A stretch of 36,655 bases of DNA from a virus (Duplodnaviria; Caudoviricetes): positions 1 through 36,655 of IMG/VR virus record IMGVR_UViG_3300030376_004478, one strand, 5' to 3'. Positions 1 through 8,227 of the stretch are shown here, piece after piece. The notes below the pieces were generated by a model. That model did no database searches. It saw only the letters and a program-made list of their open reading frames with translations, and was not told the DNA's origin. The position numbers and the translations under genes were made by a program. How positions within the stretch are numbered: the first letter of the stretch is position 1; the number at the start of each line of letters is the position of its first letter.

Positions 1-236
1 CCTGATTCTCGTAGTAGGGAATCGTTATAATCATTTTTCTCTAAGTTCATACTTTGAACCGTTTCTCTAAGTGCCATTTCTTTTCTTTTTTGCACATCCG
101 CTGGATATACGCTTTTTAATTCTTTAAGTTTCTTTTCGTAGAATTCTATTTCTTTTGGGCCAAAGTGGTAAGTTTGTCCATCAAGAGAAAACCTTCTACC
201 CATGACTCTTCTTTTAATAATGTTAAACCAATTCAT
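1..236 (-). CDS. Partial ORF (runs off window) starting MNWFNIIKRR; member of the M-x-W-x-x-I-I-K cluster
   Basis: Manual translation from ATG at 236 is open to the window edge; start overlaps the stop of 233..505. Confidence 0.7.
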   Translation of the reverse strand, partial: MNWFNIIKRRVMGRRFSLDGQTYHFGPKEIEFYEKKLKELKSVYPADVQKRKEMALRETVQSMNLEKNDYNDSLLRES

Positions 237-505
237 CTTCCTTCCACTCTGCGATAAACTTTTTTTGCTGCTTTGCTTCTAGGAACATGCTGCTTTCCTT
301 TTTTAGTGCCTTCTCTTTTTTTCCGACTTTCATATGCTCTTTGTTGAGGGGTAAGAGCATCCTTTACTGCTTTAGGGGCAAGTCTTCCTCCCTCTGTAGT
401 AAGTGGCTCCCACTCTTCTTTACTCCACTCAACCATATCTTTTTGTTTATCGGTTAAACCTTTAATGGTATTCCACCAATCACTTTTTATTGACAAATCC
501 GCCAC
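233..505 (-). CDS. Basic protein resembling the C-terminal half of DUF5872-like phage proteins
   Basis: Q..M.EWSKEEW...GRLAPK...KKREG..KGKQHV pattern recalled from this family. Confidence 0.55.
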   Translation of the reverse strand: MADLSIKSDWWNTIKGLTDKQKDMVEWSKEEWEPLTTEGGRLAPKAVKDALTPQQRAYESRKKREGTKKGKQHVPRSKAAKKVYRRVEGR

Positions 506-1055
506 CTGCCTTTTGATATCTTCTATTCAGTTCTTGAGATTTACGAGCAGACCATTCACCTGCGGCAGTTCCATGAGTATTTTGATTAAGTAAAGTTGCG
601 TGTATTCTTTCCCTTAGTTTTGGTTGAGTATATACTCCGGCAGGGGCTTTATATTTAGCCTTCTTTTTCTTACGCTTTTTACGGGCTTTTTGTCCCCTTC
701 TTCCTGATTTTCTTTTTAATATCTCTTCCCAAGCCTTACCTAATGTTCTATCAAAAGTTCCATCTTGGAGTTTTCTATATCCTGCTCTAATCGCTGCTCC
801 TTTCATACTCATGCTAATTTTTCTAGACATTTTTTCTCCCATGTTTCTAAAATCCCTAGTAACGGCAGTTCTAGAACCTTGAGTTTCTAATTTCTTAACC
901 AAGTTTTCATAGAATTCTCTATACTCGCCATAATCTAATCTAAACTTATCACCTAAATCCATCATAGCAAATGCTTTATCTGCTGCTTCACTAGGTATCT
1001 TATATTTTGCTTTGCTTAATACGTCTTCCATATTTTTCACTCTCGTATCATACAA
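480..1055 (-). CDS. Basic protein whose C-terminus resembles the N-terminal half of DUF5872-like proteins
   Basis: YTQPKLRERI...GEWSARKSQELNRRYQKAGGGF motif; Lys/Arg-rich linker. Confidence 0.6.
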   Translation of the reverse strand: MYDTRVKNMEDVLSKAKYKIPSEAADKAFAMMDLGDKFRLDYGEYREFYENLVKKLETQGSRTAVTRDFRNMGEKMSRKISMSMKGAAIRAGYRKLQDGTFDRTLGKAWEEILKRKSGRRGQKARKKRKKKKAKYKAPAGVYTQPKLRERIHATLLNQNTHGTAAGEWSARKSQELNRRYQKAGGGFVNKK

Positions 1056-1266
1056 TTTTTTTTGCCATTTGAATTATTACTTTATTTAACTCAGATGCCC
1101 TCTGATTAAATTCTTTTGAATCTTTAACTAATTCGTTAGAATTTACTTTTTCATTACTATGAAATTTGCGAACATTTTCTTCTATTTCTGGTAGCATTTC
1201 CTTTAATGCAGTAATAGTATCAATAGCGTCTTGTGCTGATATTTTAATTATATCTTCCCAACTCAT
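1048..1266 (-). CDS. Small coiled-coil protein with MSWEDIIK N-terminus
   Basis: Start moved to ATG 1266 (GGAG-type SD upstream, shared N-terminal motif). Confidence 0.7.
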   Translation of the reverse strand: MSWEDIIKISAQDAIDTITALKEMLPEIEENVRKFHSNEKVNSNELVKDSKEFNQRASELNKVIIQMAKKIV

Positions 1267-1279
1267 TTCTTCTCCCCCT

Positions 1280-1849
1280 TTAAATTGTTTTTTTTGCTTC
1301 TTCATACGCTTTAATTTCAGAGTCTTTTAGTTCTCTACCAATTCTAGATTCTACTTCTTCTTTGGTTTTTAGCCCCTTAGAATTAAATAAATTTTGAAGC
1401 ATGTTAAGCATTTTTCTATATTCAAGTTCCGTTTTAGTTCTTTTTTGTTGTGGGGCTGGATTTTGATATACACTTCCTTCTTCCCCCCTAGCCTTTGACT
1501 GTTCCGCCAATTCTAAAGTAGGATAAGTTTTAAGTTTCATTTTGTCAGGGTTTTTTCTTATCCTTTCTAGTCTTCTATGCATAGTATTATGAAATGTAGT
1601 GTATTTACTTACTTTATTATAAAATGGAGAGTCCATATGTTTTCTTAAAAAACCATGTAGGCTAAGGTGATAGGATTCTTTACTATTATGTAGGCCTTTT
1701 CTCTTTCTTCCTCCGTGATTAGGTAATTTATCGTATTTCTCTTGAGATAGTAATTGACTATTATACATATCCATCAATGCATATTTATTTCCCAAGCGTC
1801 TAATGTCATAGAGGTTGTAATCTACTTTCAATATATCTTTCCAACTCAT
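1280..1849 (-). CDS. Hypothetical protein with MSWKDILK N-terminus
   Basis: 189-aa ORF; AGGTGA SD upstream. Confidence 0.75.
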   Translation of the reverse strand: MSWKDILKVDYNLYDIRRLGNKYALMDMYNSQLLSQEKYDKLPNHGGRKRKGLHNSKESYHLSLHGFLRKHMDSPFYNKVSKYTTFHNTMHRRLERIRKNPDKMKLKTYPTLELAEQSKARGEEGSVYQNPAPQQKRTKTELEYRKMLNMLQNLFNSKGLKTKEEVESRIGRELKDSEIKAYEEAKKTI

Positions 1850-1953
1850 TTCTTTTCACCTGTTATCAAATCCTTCTTTTGCTTCTTCTCTTCCGCATCT
1901 AATCTTTTTGATTGATGGTCAAACCAAGAATCCAATAATTTACATCTCGTCAT
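1846..1953 (-). CDS. 35-aa hypothetical protein (MTRCKLLDSWFD...)
   Basis: Fills the gap exactly, with ATGA overlaps on both sides. Confidence 0.6.
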   Translation of the reverse strand: MTRCKLLDSWFDHQSKRLDAEEKKQKKDLITGEKK

Positions 1954-2303
1954 GAACCTTTCCTCCATTTCTTATTTTTCTTTTCTTTAGTTTTACTTGG
2001 ACTCCACTTAACTTTATCAGCCCAATATGCAGCAGACATTTTTCCACGCTTAATGTTCTTAGCATGTCGGGATTTGAAAGCCCTTCTTTGTCCAGCAGTT
2101 TGATTAGTCTTCACTCCCTTTTGTCCAAATTTGATATATTTTGCTTTCTTACCTTCAAAGGCCATAACGTGATGAGATTTATCCGAATCATCTTTTAGCC
2201 TCTGAGGTTTATTTATTCCTTTGAGTCCTTTCTTTTTGGCTCTTTCTTTAGCCCTTGACTTAGCACTCTTGGGCTTCTTCTTTAGAATATCTTCCCAACC
2301 CAT
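1950..2303 (-). CDS. Basic protein of a widespread phage family, MGWEDILK N-terminus
   Basis: KSHHVMA.EG...IKFGQKG...RR.FKSRHAKNIKRGKMSAAYWADKVKW pattern. Confidence 0.7.
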   Translation of the reverse strand: MGWEDILKKKPKSAKSRAKERAKKKGLKGINKPQRLKDDSDKSHHVMAFEGKKAKYIKFGQKGVKTNQTAGQRRAFKSRHAKNIKRGKMSAAYWADKVKWSPSKTKEKKNKKWRKGS

Positions 2304-3157
2304 CAACAAGCCTCCAATAAGATTTTATTTTTGCCTCTCAAAAACTGAGTAACATCTCCTAAGTTTTCCAACTCGATACCTGTCTCATAATTATTATTAT
2401 TCGCCCAAGCAATAAATTGATTTGTTGAAAGGTTGCTTCCGCTATTTGGAATAAAAGGACAACCTCCTAATGCATTAACGCTTGAATCAAACATATTGAC
2501 TCCCCATTCTGCCGCTACCTTAACATTATCAAAAATATTTCTTTGTAGGTTTGAATTTTCGTGAAGATGCAAAGCAATATCGGCATCTAATCCCCTACTT
2601 AATTCTAAAGTCTGAACCATTTGAGTAGGATGTGCAACTCCTATGGTATCACATAGAACAACTGTTTCAGCCAAATAGTCCGCTTTTAACATGACATCTT
2701 TGAGAGCATGTTCTTTTGGCTTGCCTTCAAATGGACATCCGAATGCACAGGAAATATATGCCCTTACATCTTTTCTATCTACATCTATTAGCATCTCATC
2801 CAATTCTTCAAACTTATCTTGTAAACTCATGTTAAGATTTCTTTTGTTAAATTCTTCGGAAACAGAAAAGAAGACATTTATTTTCTTTGCCCCTACTTTG
2901 GTAGCCCTATCAAACCCTCTTTGATTTGGGATAAGAACTCCAAAATCATCTAAGTATTTGGTAGCAGTAAAAACTTCCTCGGAGTCTGCCATTTTTGGAA
3001 CATATTTGGGATTAACAAAGGAAGCAATTTCCATATTTTTTAGACCAGCATCATAAAGCGACTCTATGAGAAAAACCTTTTCTTCTTTAGTCATATCAAA
3101 AGAAGAATTCTGTAATCCATCTCTAGGAGAAACTTCATAGATGCTCAAATCTACCAT
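2303..3157 (-). CDS. hmgL: Hydroxymethylglutaryl-CoA lyase (DRE-TIM metallolyase)
   Basis: EVSPRDGLQN, SFVNPKYVP, AFGCPFEG, LCDTIG, HLH and LGGCPF motifs. Confidence 0.9.
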   Translation of the reverse strand: MVDLSIYEVSPRDGLQNSSFDMTKEEKVFLIESLYDAGLKNMEIASFVNPKYVPKMADSEEVFTATKYLDDFGVLIPNQRGFDRATKVGAKKINVFFSVSEEFNKRNLNMSLQDKFEELDEMLIDVDRKDVRAYISCAFGCPFEGKPKEHALKDVMLKADYLAETVVLCDTIGVAHPTQMVQTLELSRGLDADIALHLHENSNLQRNIFDNVKVAAEWGVNMFDSSVNALGGCPFIPNSGSNLSTNQFIAWANNNNYETGIELENLGDVTQFLRGKNKILLEAC

Positions 3158-3159
3158 AA

Positions 3160-3546
3160 TTATCCTCTCTTCTCTTGGTTTTGTTTAGAAGTTTTATCAT
3201 CCTTAATTGGCCCACCTGCTGCCCAAGTGTAGCAAGTTCTATCTTTATGGCATTTGAAATCGTGCATCCAACAATATCCTAAGTCACCCTCAAGCGGCAT
3301 ACACTTACCCATTCTAGGGCTGATATCAAATGCTATACAATTACTACAATTTGATTTCTTTGCTACTTCGGCAGTAGTATTCCAATGGTCTGCTGCTTTA
3401 ACCCAGTAACTATCATCTTCTAAATTCAAAGGCCCGTATTGAATATGTTTGGCTTTTATAGCAGCATTTCTATTCTTAGTATTTAATTTCAAATCTTGCG
3501 TTGCTCTTGGACACGCCATTTCTTTTAAAATAATTTCCCAACTCAT
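3160..3546 (-). CDS. Cys-rich phage protein (possibly metal/Fe-S binding), MSWEIILK N-terminus
   Basis: ACPRATQD..., CSNC, GYCWMHDFKC...RTC.TW; start moved to ATG 3546 with GGAG SD. Confidence 0.7.
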   Translation of the reverse strand: MSWEIILKEMACPRATQDLKLNTKNRNAAIKAKHIQYGPLNLEDDSYWVKAADHWNTTAEVAKKSNCSNCIAFDISPRMGKCMPLEGDLGYCWMHDFKCHKDRTCYTWAAGGPIKDDKTSKQNQEKRG

Positions 3547-3562
3547 TTTAATCTCTCCTACA

Positions 3563-3994
3563 TCAAATTTCAACAGAAACATATAACTTTCCATTAGAAT
3601 ATTCATCAACTTCATAACTTACTTTGAATATAAACGCCCCGCTTTTTTCTTCCATAGGTTTTGGTTTAGTGCCGTCTAATCGAATTATAATATCTTTTTG
3701 TTTGAAAGATTTAACAATATTGTTTGGTTTGTATGTTCCTACATTTTCATCCATAACCTTTATTGTTCCTGAAGGTTTAACTCTTATAGCAAACTCTTCA
3801 GTAGGATATGTTGAATCATCACCTGTTCCTACATTACTTACTTCAATGTCAATATTAAAATCATCCATGTATAGCCAAAACTCGCCTTCACCAAAATTCA
3901 AATCTTTAGCGATTTCTTGAGCAATTTCTTCTTCATATTCTCCACCGCCACCAAACGATTTTCCTTTTGCTTTTACTATTTTTTTCCAACTCAT
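3563..3994 (-). CDS. Acidic beta-rich hypothetical protein, MSWKKIVK N-terminus
   Basis: Start moved to ATG 3994 (GGAGTGA upstream), which removes the overlap with the next gene. Confidence 0.7.
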   Translation of the reverse strand: MSWKKIVKAKGKSFGGGGEYEEEIAQEIAKDLNFGEGEFWLYMDDFNIDIEVSNVGTGDDSTYPTEEFAIRVKPSGTIKVMDENVGTYKPNNIVKSFKQKDIIIRLDGTKPKPMEEKSGAFIFKVSYEVDEYSNGKLYVSVEI

Positions 3995-3998
3995 AATA

Positions 3999-4679
3999 TC
4001 ACTCCGGCTTATGGGTGTAAATGTCTCCATCTTTATGCATGAAAATTTTACCCTCTTTTTCCATCTCGGCAAGAACACTCTTGATTTCAGACTCCTTTCC
4101 AAACTTCTTAAGATTCTTCATTCCCAATGCCCCACCTTCTTTCTTAATCTCTCTTAGAATTTGACGCATCATTTTTTGCCTCTTCATTCTAGGACTAACA
4201 TTCATAAAATCTGTCATCTCTTCGGGGTCTTTATCAAACATAGATTTTTTAGTTCTCTCATTTCTAAGCATAGCAAAATCTTTTCCTGTTAATTTACCAT
4301 CCTTATCTTTATCTAATTTTTTCTGTCCACCGTAGAGCATCTTCTCATCTAATTTATGAGTTCCACAGTGAGCCTTTTCTTCTGCTTTCTTAATATCATC
4401 TTGTGCAACATATACCTTTTTAACTTCAAACTGCATTTTGCCACTTTTATTTTCTCCTATTGGAACACAAAAAACATCAATAGGTAATCCAAAACGAATA
4501 ACATCTCCTTCTACGGAATCGATAGTCTTGTAGTGGGAACCCCTAGCATCAGGGTCAAAATTACGAACATCAAATTTTTTATTGATTACTTCGACAATAT
4601 CATCTAATCTACCTTTTTCTCCAATTAATTTTTTTAATACATCTTGTGTATCTGCTTTCAATATATCTTTCCATGTCAT
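3999..4679 (-). CDS. Hypothetical protein with EF-hand-like loop and C-terminal wHTH-like segment, MTWKDILK N-terminus
   Basis: DKDKDGKLTGKDF fits the DxDxDG loop. Confidence 0.7.
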   Translation of the reverse strand: MTWKDILKADTQDVLKKLIGEKGRLDDIVEVINKKFDVRNFDPDARGSHYKTIDSVEGDVIRFGLPIDVFCVPIGENKSGKMQFEVKKVYVAQDDIKKAEEKAHCGTHKLDEKMLYGGQKKLDKDKDGKLTGKDFAMLRNERTKKSMFDKDPEEMTDFMNVSPRMKRQKMMRQILREIKKEGGALGMKNLKKFGKESEIKSVLAEMEKEGKIFMHKDGDIYTHKPE

Positions 4680-5104
4680 ATTTTCACCATTCCGTTTGAT
4701 AATGAGGCTAATTGCCCTAATGCTCCTTTTAATGCTTGAAGAAATTCTGGCTCTGTTTTTAACAGATTCATCAAGTCAGGAATTTGATTATTTATAGAAC
4801 TTAAAGCCCTATCAATAGGAAATGCACTTTTGCCTCTATCAATATTATATTTATCTTTAATTCCAATTAAAGTTTTAAGAGTCGAAGTGAAATATTGATA
4901 AGAACTCATTGCTTTCATTGGTCTATTTGGGTCTTGCTTACCAAATATCTTAAGATAATAAGAGGTCATAAACTCTTCAACCTTTTTTGCCTCTTGTATA
5001 ATTTGGTCTATTTTGCCAGTAAAACTACCAGTAGGGTCAACAATTTGGTCTGGCGTTTTTCTTCTTCCAAAGAAACGCTTTCTCAATACGTCTTCCCATG
5101 TCAT
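4676..5104 (-). CDS. Hypothetical protein, MTWEDVLR N-terminus
   Basis: ORF with shared N-terminal motif. Confidence 0.7.
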   Translation of the reverse strand: MTWEDVLRKRFFGRRKTPDQIVDPTGSFTGKIDQIIQEAKKVEEFMTSYYLKIFGKQDPNRPMKAMSSYQYFTSTLKTLIGIKDKYNIDRGKSAFPIDRALSSINNQIPDLMNLLKTEPEFLQALKGALGQLASLSNGMVKI

Positions 5105-5105
5105 A

Positions 5106-5393
5106 TTAATCAACTCTATTTTCTGCTTTTTCTATGAAATCTTCTATAAATCTAGTAAATTGAAACATAAGACGCACTACCTCTTCATTTTCCTTTTTAG
5201 CCTTCTTTTTCAAATCTCGTTCTTCGGGAGAAAGATTTCTTTCGCTACCCCTGTCAAGACGCTCAAAAGTTTTCTTAGTCTTCCTTGAACTATAATCTAA
5301 AAACTTATACAGTTCTTTAGCCCTTGAAAATAACTTATCTATATATTCTTCTCTTTCTTTGAAGTTTTTCTTAATTCCATCTTTCCATGTCAT
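5106..5393 (-). CDS. Hypothetical helical protein, MTWKDGIK N-terminus
   Basis: ORF with GGAG SD. Confidence 0.7.
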   Translation of the reverse strand: MTWKDGIKKNFKEREEYIDKLFSRAKELYKFLDYSSRKTKKTFERLDRGSERNLSPEERDLKKKAKKENEEVVRLMFQFTRFIEDFIEKAENRVD

Positions 5394-5394
5394 G

Positions 5395-5429
5395 TTAATT
5401 TCTCCAAAAATTTTGCGGCGGATTTTTTT
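5395..5429 (-). promoter_or_regulatory. Repeated upstream element, copy 1 (minus: AAAATCCGCCGCAAAATTTTTGGAGAAATTAA)
   Basis: Similar copy at 5797-5830; both lie directly upstream of MTW... genes. Confidence 0.5.
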
Positions 5430-5787
5430 ATTTTTTACCTTTATATTGTTTTGATTGAGGAACTTCAGTTAGTGGCCTCAATTCGCCACTTTTCACTTTT
5501 TGTTCTATTTCTTCTCTAATATCCTCATAGCATTCGTCACACATTCTAACGTATTTTCTTGAATAAGGAGTATTAGGAACATTTAATGTTCTTTTTGATT
5601 TATAATATTCAAGTCTTTCAGGGTCTACATTAGAAGTTCCCTTAACACCTGTGGTTTCCCTTGCACAAATCTCACATTCTTCATAATCGTCAAATGCTTT
5701 TGCGGGTATTGAATCCAAAATTTCTTTTGGAACTTTTCCGAAATCTTTTACCGTTACTTTACGCTTTACTATGTTTTCCCATGTCAT
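5428..5787 (-). CDS. Zn-finger protein (CEIC...CDEC), MTWENIVK N-terminus
   Basis: Two CxxC motifs; AGGTGA SD. Confidence 0.7.
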   Translation of the reverse strand: MTWENIVKRKVTVKDFGKVPKEILDSIPAKAFDDYEECEICARETTGVKGTSNVDPERLEYYKSKRTLNVPNTPYSRKYVRMCDECYEDIREEIEQKVKSGELRPLTEVPQSKQYKGKK

Positions 5788-5796
5788 AGTTTCACC

Positions 5797-5830
5797 TTAA
5801 TTTTCTCAAAAAATGTGGCGGAATTTATTT
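5797..5830 (-). promoter_or_regulatory. Repeated upstream element, copy 2 (minus: AAATTCCGCCACATTTTTTGAGAAAATTAA)
   Basis: Similar to 5395-5429. Confidence 0.5.
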
Positions 5831-5896
5831 GGCACTAGCGTCCTGTTTTTTACATAAATAATGTTATTTCCAGAATAAAAAATAAATAATGTATCA

Positions 5897-6169
5897 TTAA
5901 TCAAACAATGTAGTTTGTTTATCATCTTTATTTTCTGTTGAAAAGATATCTTTTAGATTCTTTTGTTTAGTATCTAAATGTGTTATATCTTCAATATCTT
6001 TCTTCAATTTAGTTAATTCAGAAGACACCTTTGTTAAGATTTCCTTCTGTTTTTCATTCATTGTAATGTTTCGCCCACTTGTATTTCTTTTTAATATTTC
6101 AAGAATAGGCTTCACTAAATTTACGATATTAGATACACGTTCAATCAGTGTATCTTCATTTGCCAACAA
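5897..6169 (-). CDS. Hypothetical coiled-coil protein; C-terminal QTTLFD resembles a clamp-binding (PIP-like) motif
   Basis: GAGGTGA SD before a TTG start; motif call is tentative. Confidence 0.6.
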   Translation of the reverse strand: MLANEDTLIERVSNIVNLVKPILEILKRNTSGRNITMNEKQKEILTKVSSELTKLKKDIEDITHLDTKQKNLKDIFSTENKDDKQTTLFD

Positions 6170-6310
6170 CTCACCTCGTATCGCCTAGTGTTGATTTGTT
6201 AATAAGTTTATCTAAAGTTATGCTTTAATGGTTATGAATGCTATATTGACGTTAAATAAGCCAAATAATGCTATTCACGTTAAATTATTTACTAAAAATA
6301 AAAAATCCGA

Positions 6311-6333
6311 CAAAGCCATATGGTTGTGCTTTG
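6311..6333. repeat. Palindromic boundary element 1: CAAAG CCATATGG TTGTG CTTTG
   Basis: One of seven copies read directly. Confidence 0.9.
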
Positions 6334-6404
6334 ACAACTTGTTTATCACTAAGTCAGCCTGTAATTAATGATTCAAGGGGAAATCTAAAAGGAGATTGAT
6401 TAAT

Positions 6405-6899
6405 ATGGATAAAGAAAAACTAATTGAAAAATGTAATAAAGTTTCAGCATGGTTAGACGCTAATGATGCTGGAGCAATGGAGCAAGTTATTCGAACAAAC
6501 ATCGAAGCGGCATTAAAAGCCGTAAATGATGAAGAAAGAGATAAGATGTGGACGGCGGTTCGTTCAGTATGTAACGTGCTGGATAATAGCCCAATACGTC
6601 GAATGCAAGGAGCAAGTTCAAAATACGACGCAGTTCAGCAAGCAAACTTGGATGCTCTCGAAAATGAAATTCAACAACAACTCAGTGTTCTTTGGAACTC
6701 TGGTAACATGCAATATGTCCTTCAAAGACATGGTAAATCTGGCGGAGGTCTTTTTGAGTCCGATGAAGATTATTCTACCTATGCTTCTAAGGCAATGATG
6801 CGACACATGAGAGAAAGACTCGATAACGGTGTTTGGGATGGAGCCATTGATGGTCTATCATCTCAGACTTTCCCTGAACCGGAGGTTCAAGAACAATAA
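6405..6899 (+). CDS. Paralog A of a three-member unknown family
   Basis: WLDANDAGAMEQVIRTNI and HGKSGG motifs shared with 10653..11147; HG[KR][ST]GG also in 11740..12192. Confidence 0.85.
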   Translation: MDKEKLIEKCNKVSAWLDANDAGAMEQVIRTNIEAALKAVNDEERDKMWTAVRSVCNVLDNSPIRRMQGASSKYDAVQQANLDALENEIQQQLSVLWNSGNMQYVLQRHGKSGGGLFESDEDYSTYASKAMMRHMRERLDNGVWDGAIDGLSSQTFPEPEVQEQ

Positions 6900-6934
6900 A
6901 GTTGATTCCCCCTTGAATCACCTTTTACTCCCAG

Positions 6935-7003
6935 TAGAGACAGGCGCAAATTCATACACAATTGAGAATTATGAATCCCTGCGCCATAGTCTCTCTTTTT
7001 TTT
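6935..7003 (+). terminator. Long hairpin (AGAGAC-GGCGCA...TGCGCC-GTCTCT) followed by a T-run
   Basis: Nested inverted repeats then T8. Confidence 0.7.
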
Positions 7004-7019
7004 AATGTTTCTAGGATTG

Positions 7020-7044
7020 CAAAGACAACCATATGGTTGCTTTG
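7020..7044. repeat. Palindromic boundary element 2: CAAAGACAACCATATGGTTGCTTTG
   Basis: Perfect palindrome except for one extra A. Confidence 0.9.
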
Positions 7045-7059
7045 AACCTTGTAAGTAAA

Positions 7060-7303
7060 TAAAAATAAACTGAAAGGAGAATCCGCTTACTTCCAGAAAT
7101 CCGAATCACTGGGTAGTCTTACGCACTTGACCTACTTGCCTAGGGCTTCAATCAATATTTGCTCACCTCTTACAACGGTTTGTTTTCAGCATCATCTCCT
7201 TTCAGTTGTATATCCGGCTCAAACCGAATGGAGTCTGAAAGGTGTCTTGAACTCTAAGGGTTCCAACGTGCTTACGTTCATATAATTCCTTGTGTCCAAG
7301 ACA
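7060..7303 (-). ncRNA. Putative structured non-coding RNA filling an entire inter-palindrome unit
   Basis: Conserved promoter on the minus side of element 3; stems 7243-7252/7294-7303 (G-U on minus) and 7068-7080/7195-7207; only 10-20 codon ORFs seen on the minus strand. Confidence 0.55.
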
Positions 7304-7339
7304 GTAATATAATGCAGGTTTAATTATATATCTGGCTAA

Positions 7340-7365
7340 CAAAGACAACCATATGGTTTGCTTTG
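7340..7365. repeat. Palindromic boundary element 3: CAAAGACAACCATATGGTTTGCTTTG
   Basis: Direct reading. Confidence 0.9.
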
Positions 7366-7401
7366 AAACCCAAACTATACCTAAACCTACATAATATTAA
7401 C

Positions 7402-7578
7402 ATGATAAGCAGTGAGATGAAAAGAAATAGTTTGTTTGAAGCAGTTGTCTTTAATGAAACGATGAAAGTATTGAAAAAGGATAGAATGTGGAAATTTGAA
7501 TTCTTTTTTATGGAAAGTGTGGCAAAGAACTTTGGTTTTTGGTTTATTATGCTCGGAAATGATTGGGAGGATTTGTGA
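7402..7578 (+). CDS. Small hypothetical protein
   Basis: ATG 37 nt after element 3 (alternative ATG 7417). Confidence 0.55.
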   Translation: MISSEMKRNSLFEAVVFNETMKVLKKDRMWKFEFFFMESVAKNFGFWFIMLGNDWEDL

Positions 7579-7745
7579 TGATAAATAAAATGTTGATGGA
7601 AGCGGCAATACAGATTAAAGTATTCGAAAGACTAACAAAGGGTTTTTACAGATTTTTTGAGGGTGATGTTGAGTTGTTGAAAGAAATAGGGATTAGTTAT
7701 AGAAGTGCCTTCTATGATTTTTGGGGCCATAAGGAGGAATTGTGA
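7578..7745 (+). CDS. Small hypothetical protein
   Basis: GGAGG SD; overlapping stop/start. Confidence 0.6.
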   Translation: MINKMLMEAAIQIKVFERLTKGFYRFFEGDVELLKEIGISYRSAFYDFWGHKEEL

Positions 7746-8227
7746 TGCCAAATCATACAGAAAATAATTTGTTGTTAAGAATACCATCCAAATTGGATGC
7801 AACTAAAATTCGCAACTATTTGACAGGTGATGAATATCTAAATGGAGGAAACGAATTTTATTTGACTCTTTCAAAGATTGTACCTCCTCCAACTAAAGAA
7901 TATAACCGAGAGTGGAATATTGAGAATTGGGGAACCAAGTGGGATTGTTACGCAAGTGAAGAAAAATGCACAGATTACGACGAGGATGGAATCCTCATTC
8001 ATTATTATTTTGAAACCGCTTGGAATCCACCTTTTCCAGTGATTGAGAAACTTGCCGAATTATTCCCAAATGTCAGTGTTCTTCACAGATACGCTGATGA
8101 AGGAGGACAGTGGGAAGGAGTTCATTTCTACAAAGAAGGATGGAGAGTCTTTGACAGAGAAATAGTCCCTCTAATGGAGGCTAACTTTGATGTTCTCGAT
8201 TGGATGGTAGGGAGGAAAGACCTATGA
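7742..8227 (+). CDS. YubB/DUF1281-like ferredoxin-fold protein
   Basis: MPNHTEN, WNIENWGTKWD and FETAWNPP motifs. Confidence 0.75.
   Translation: MMPNHTENNLLLRIPSKLDATKIRNYLTGDEYLNGGNEFYLTLSKIVPPPTKEYNREWNIENWGTKWDCYASEEKCTDYDEDGILIHYYFETAWNPPFPVIEKLAELFPNVSVLHRYADEGGQWEGVHFYKEGWRVFDREIVPLMEANFDVLDWMVGRKDL

Noticed and set aside
2691-5288. Plus-strand ORFs 2691..2924, 3624..3920, 4582..4797, 4895..5137, 5013..5288
   Set aside because: Antisense shadows of well-supported minus-strand genes, with Ser/Phe/Leu-rich composition.
6369-7303. Retron or DGR interpretation of the inverted-repeat-closed RNAs
   Set aside because: No reverse transcriptase motifs in any ORF of the window and no template/variable repeat pair seen.
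7060-7303. Hammerhead ribozyme or C/D box RNA
   Set aside because: CTGA and GAAA words occur, but not the CUGAnGA core with proper stems or a clean RUGAUGA/CUGA pair.
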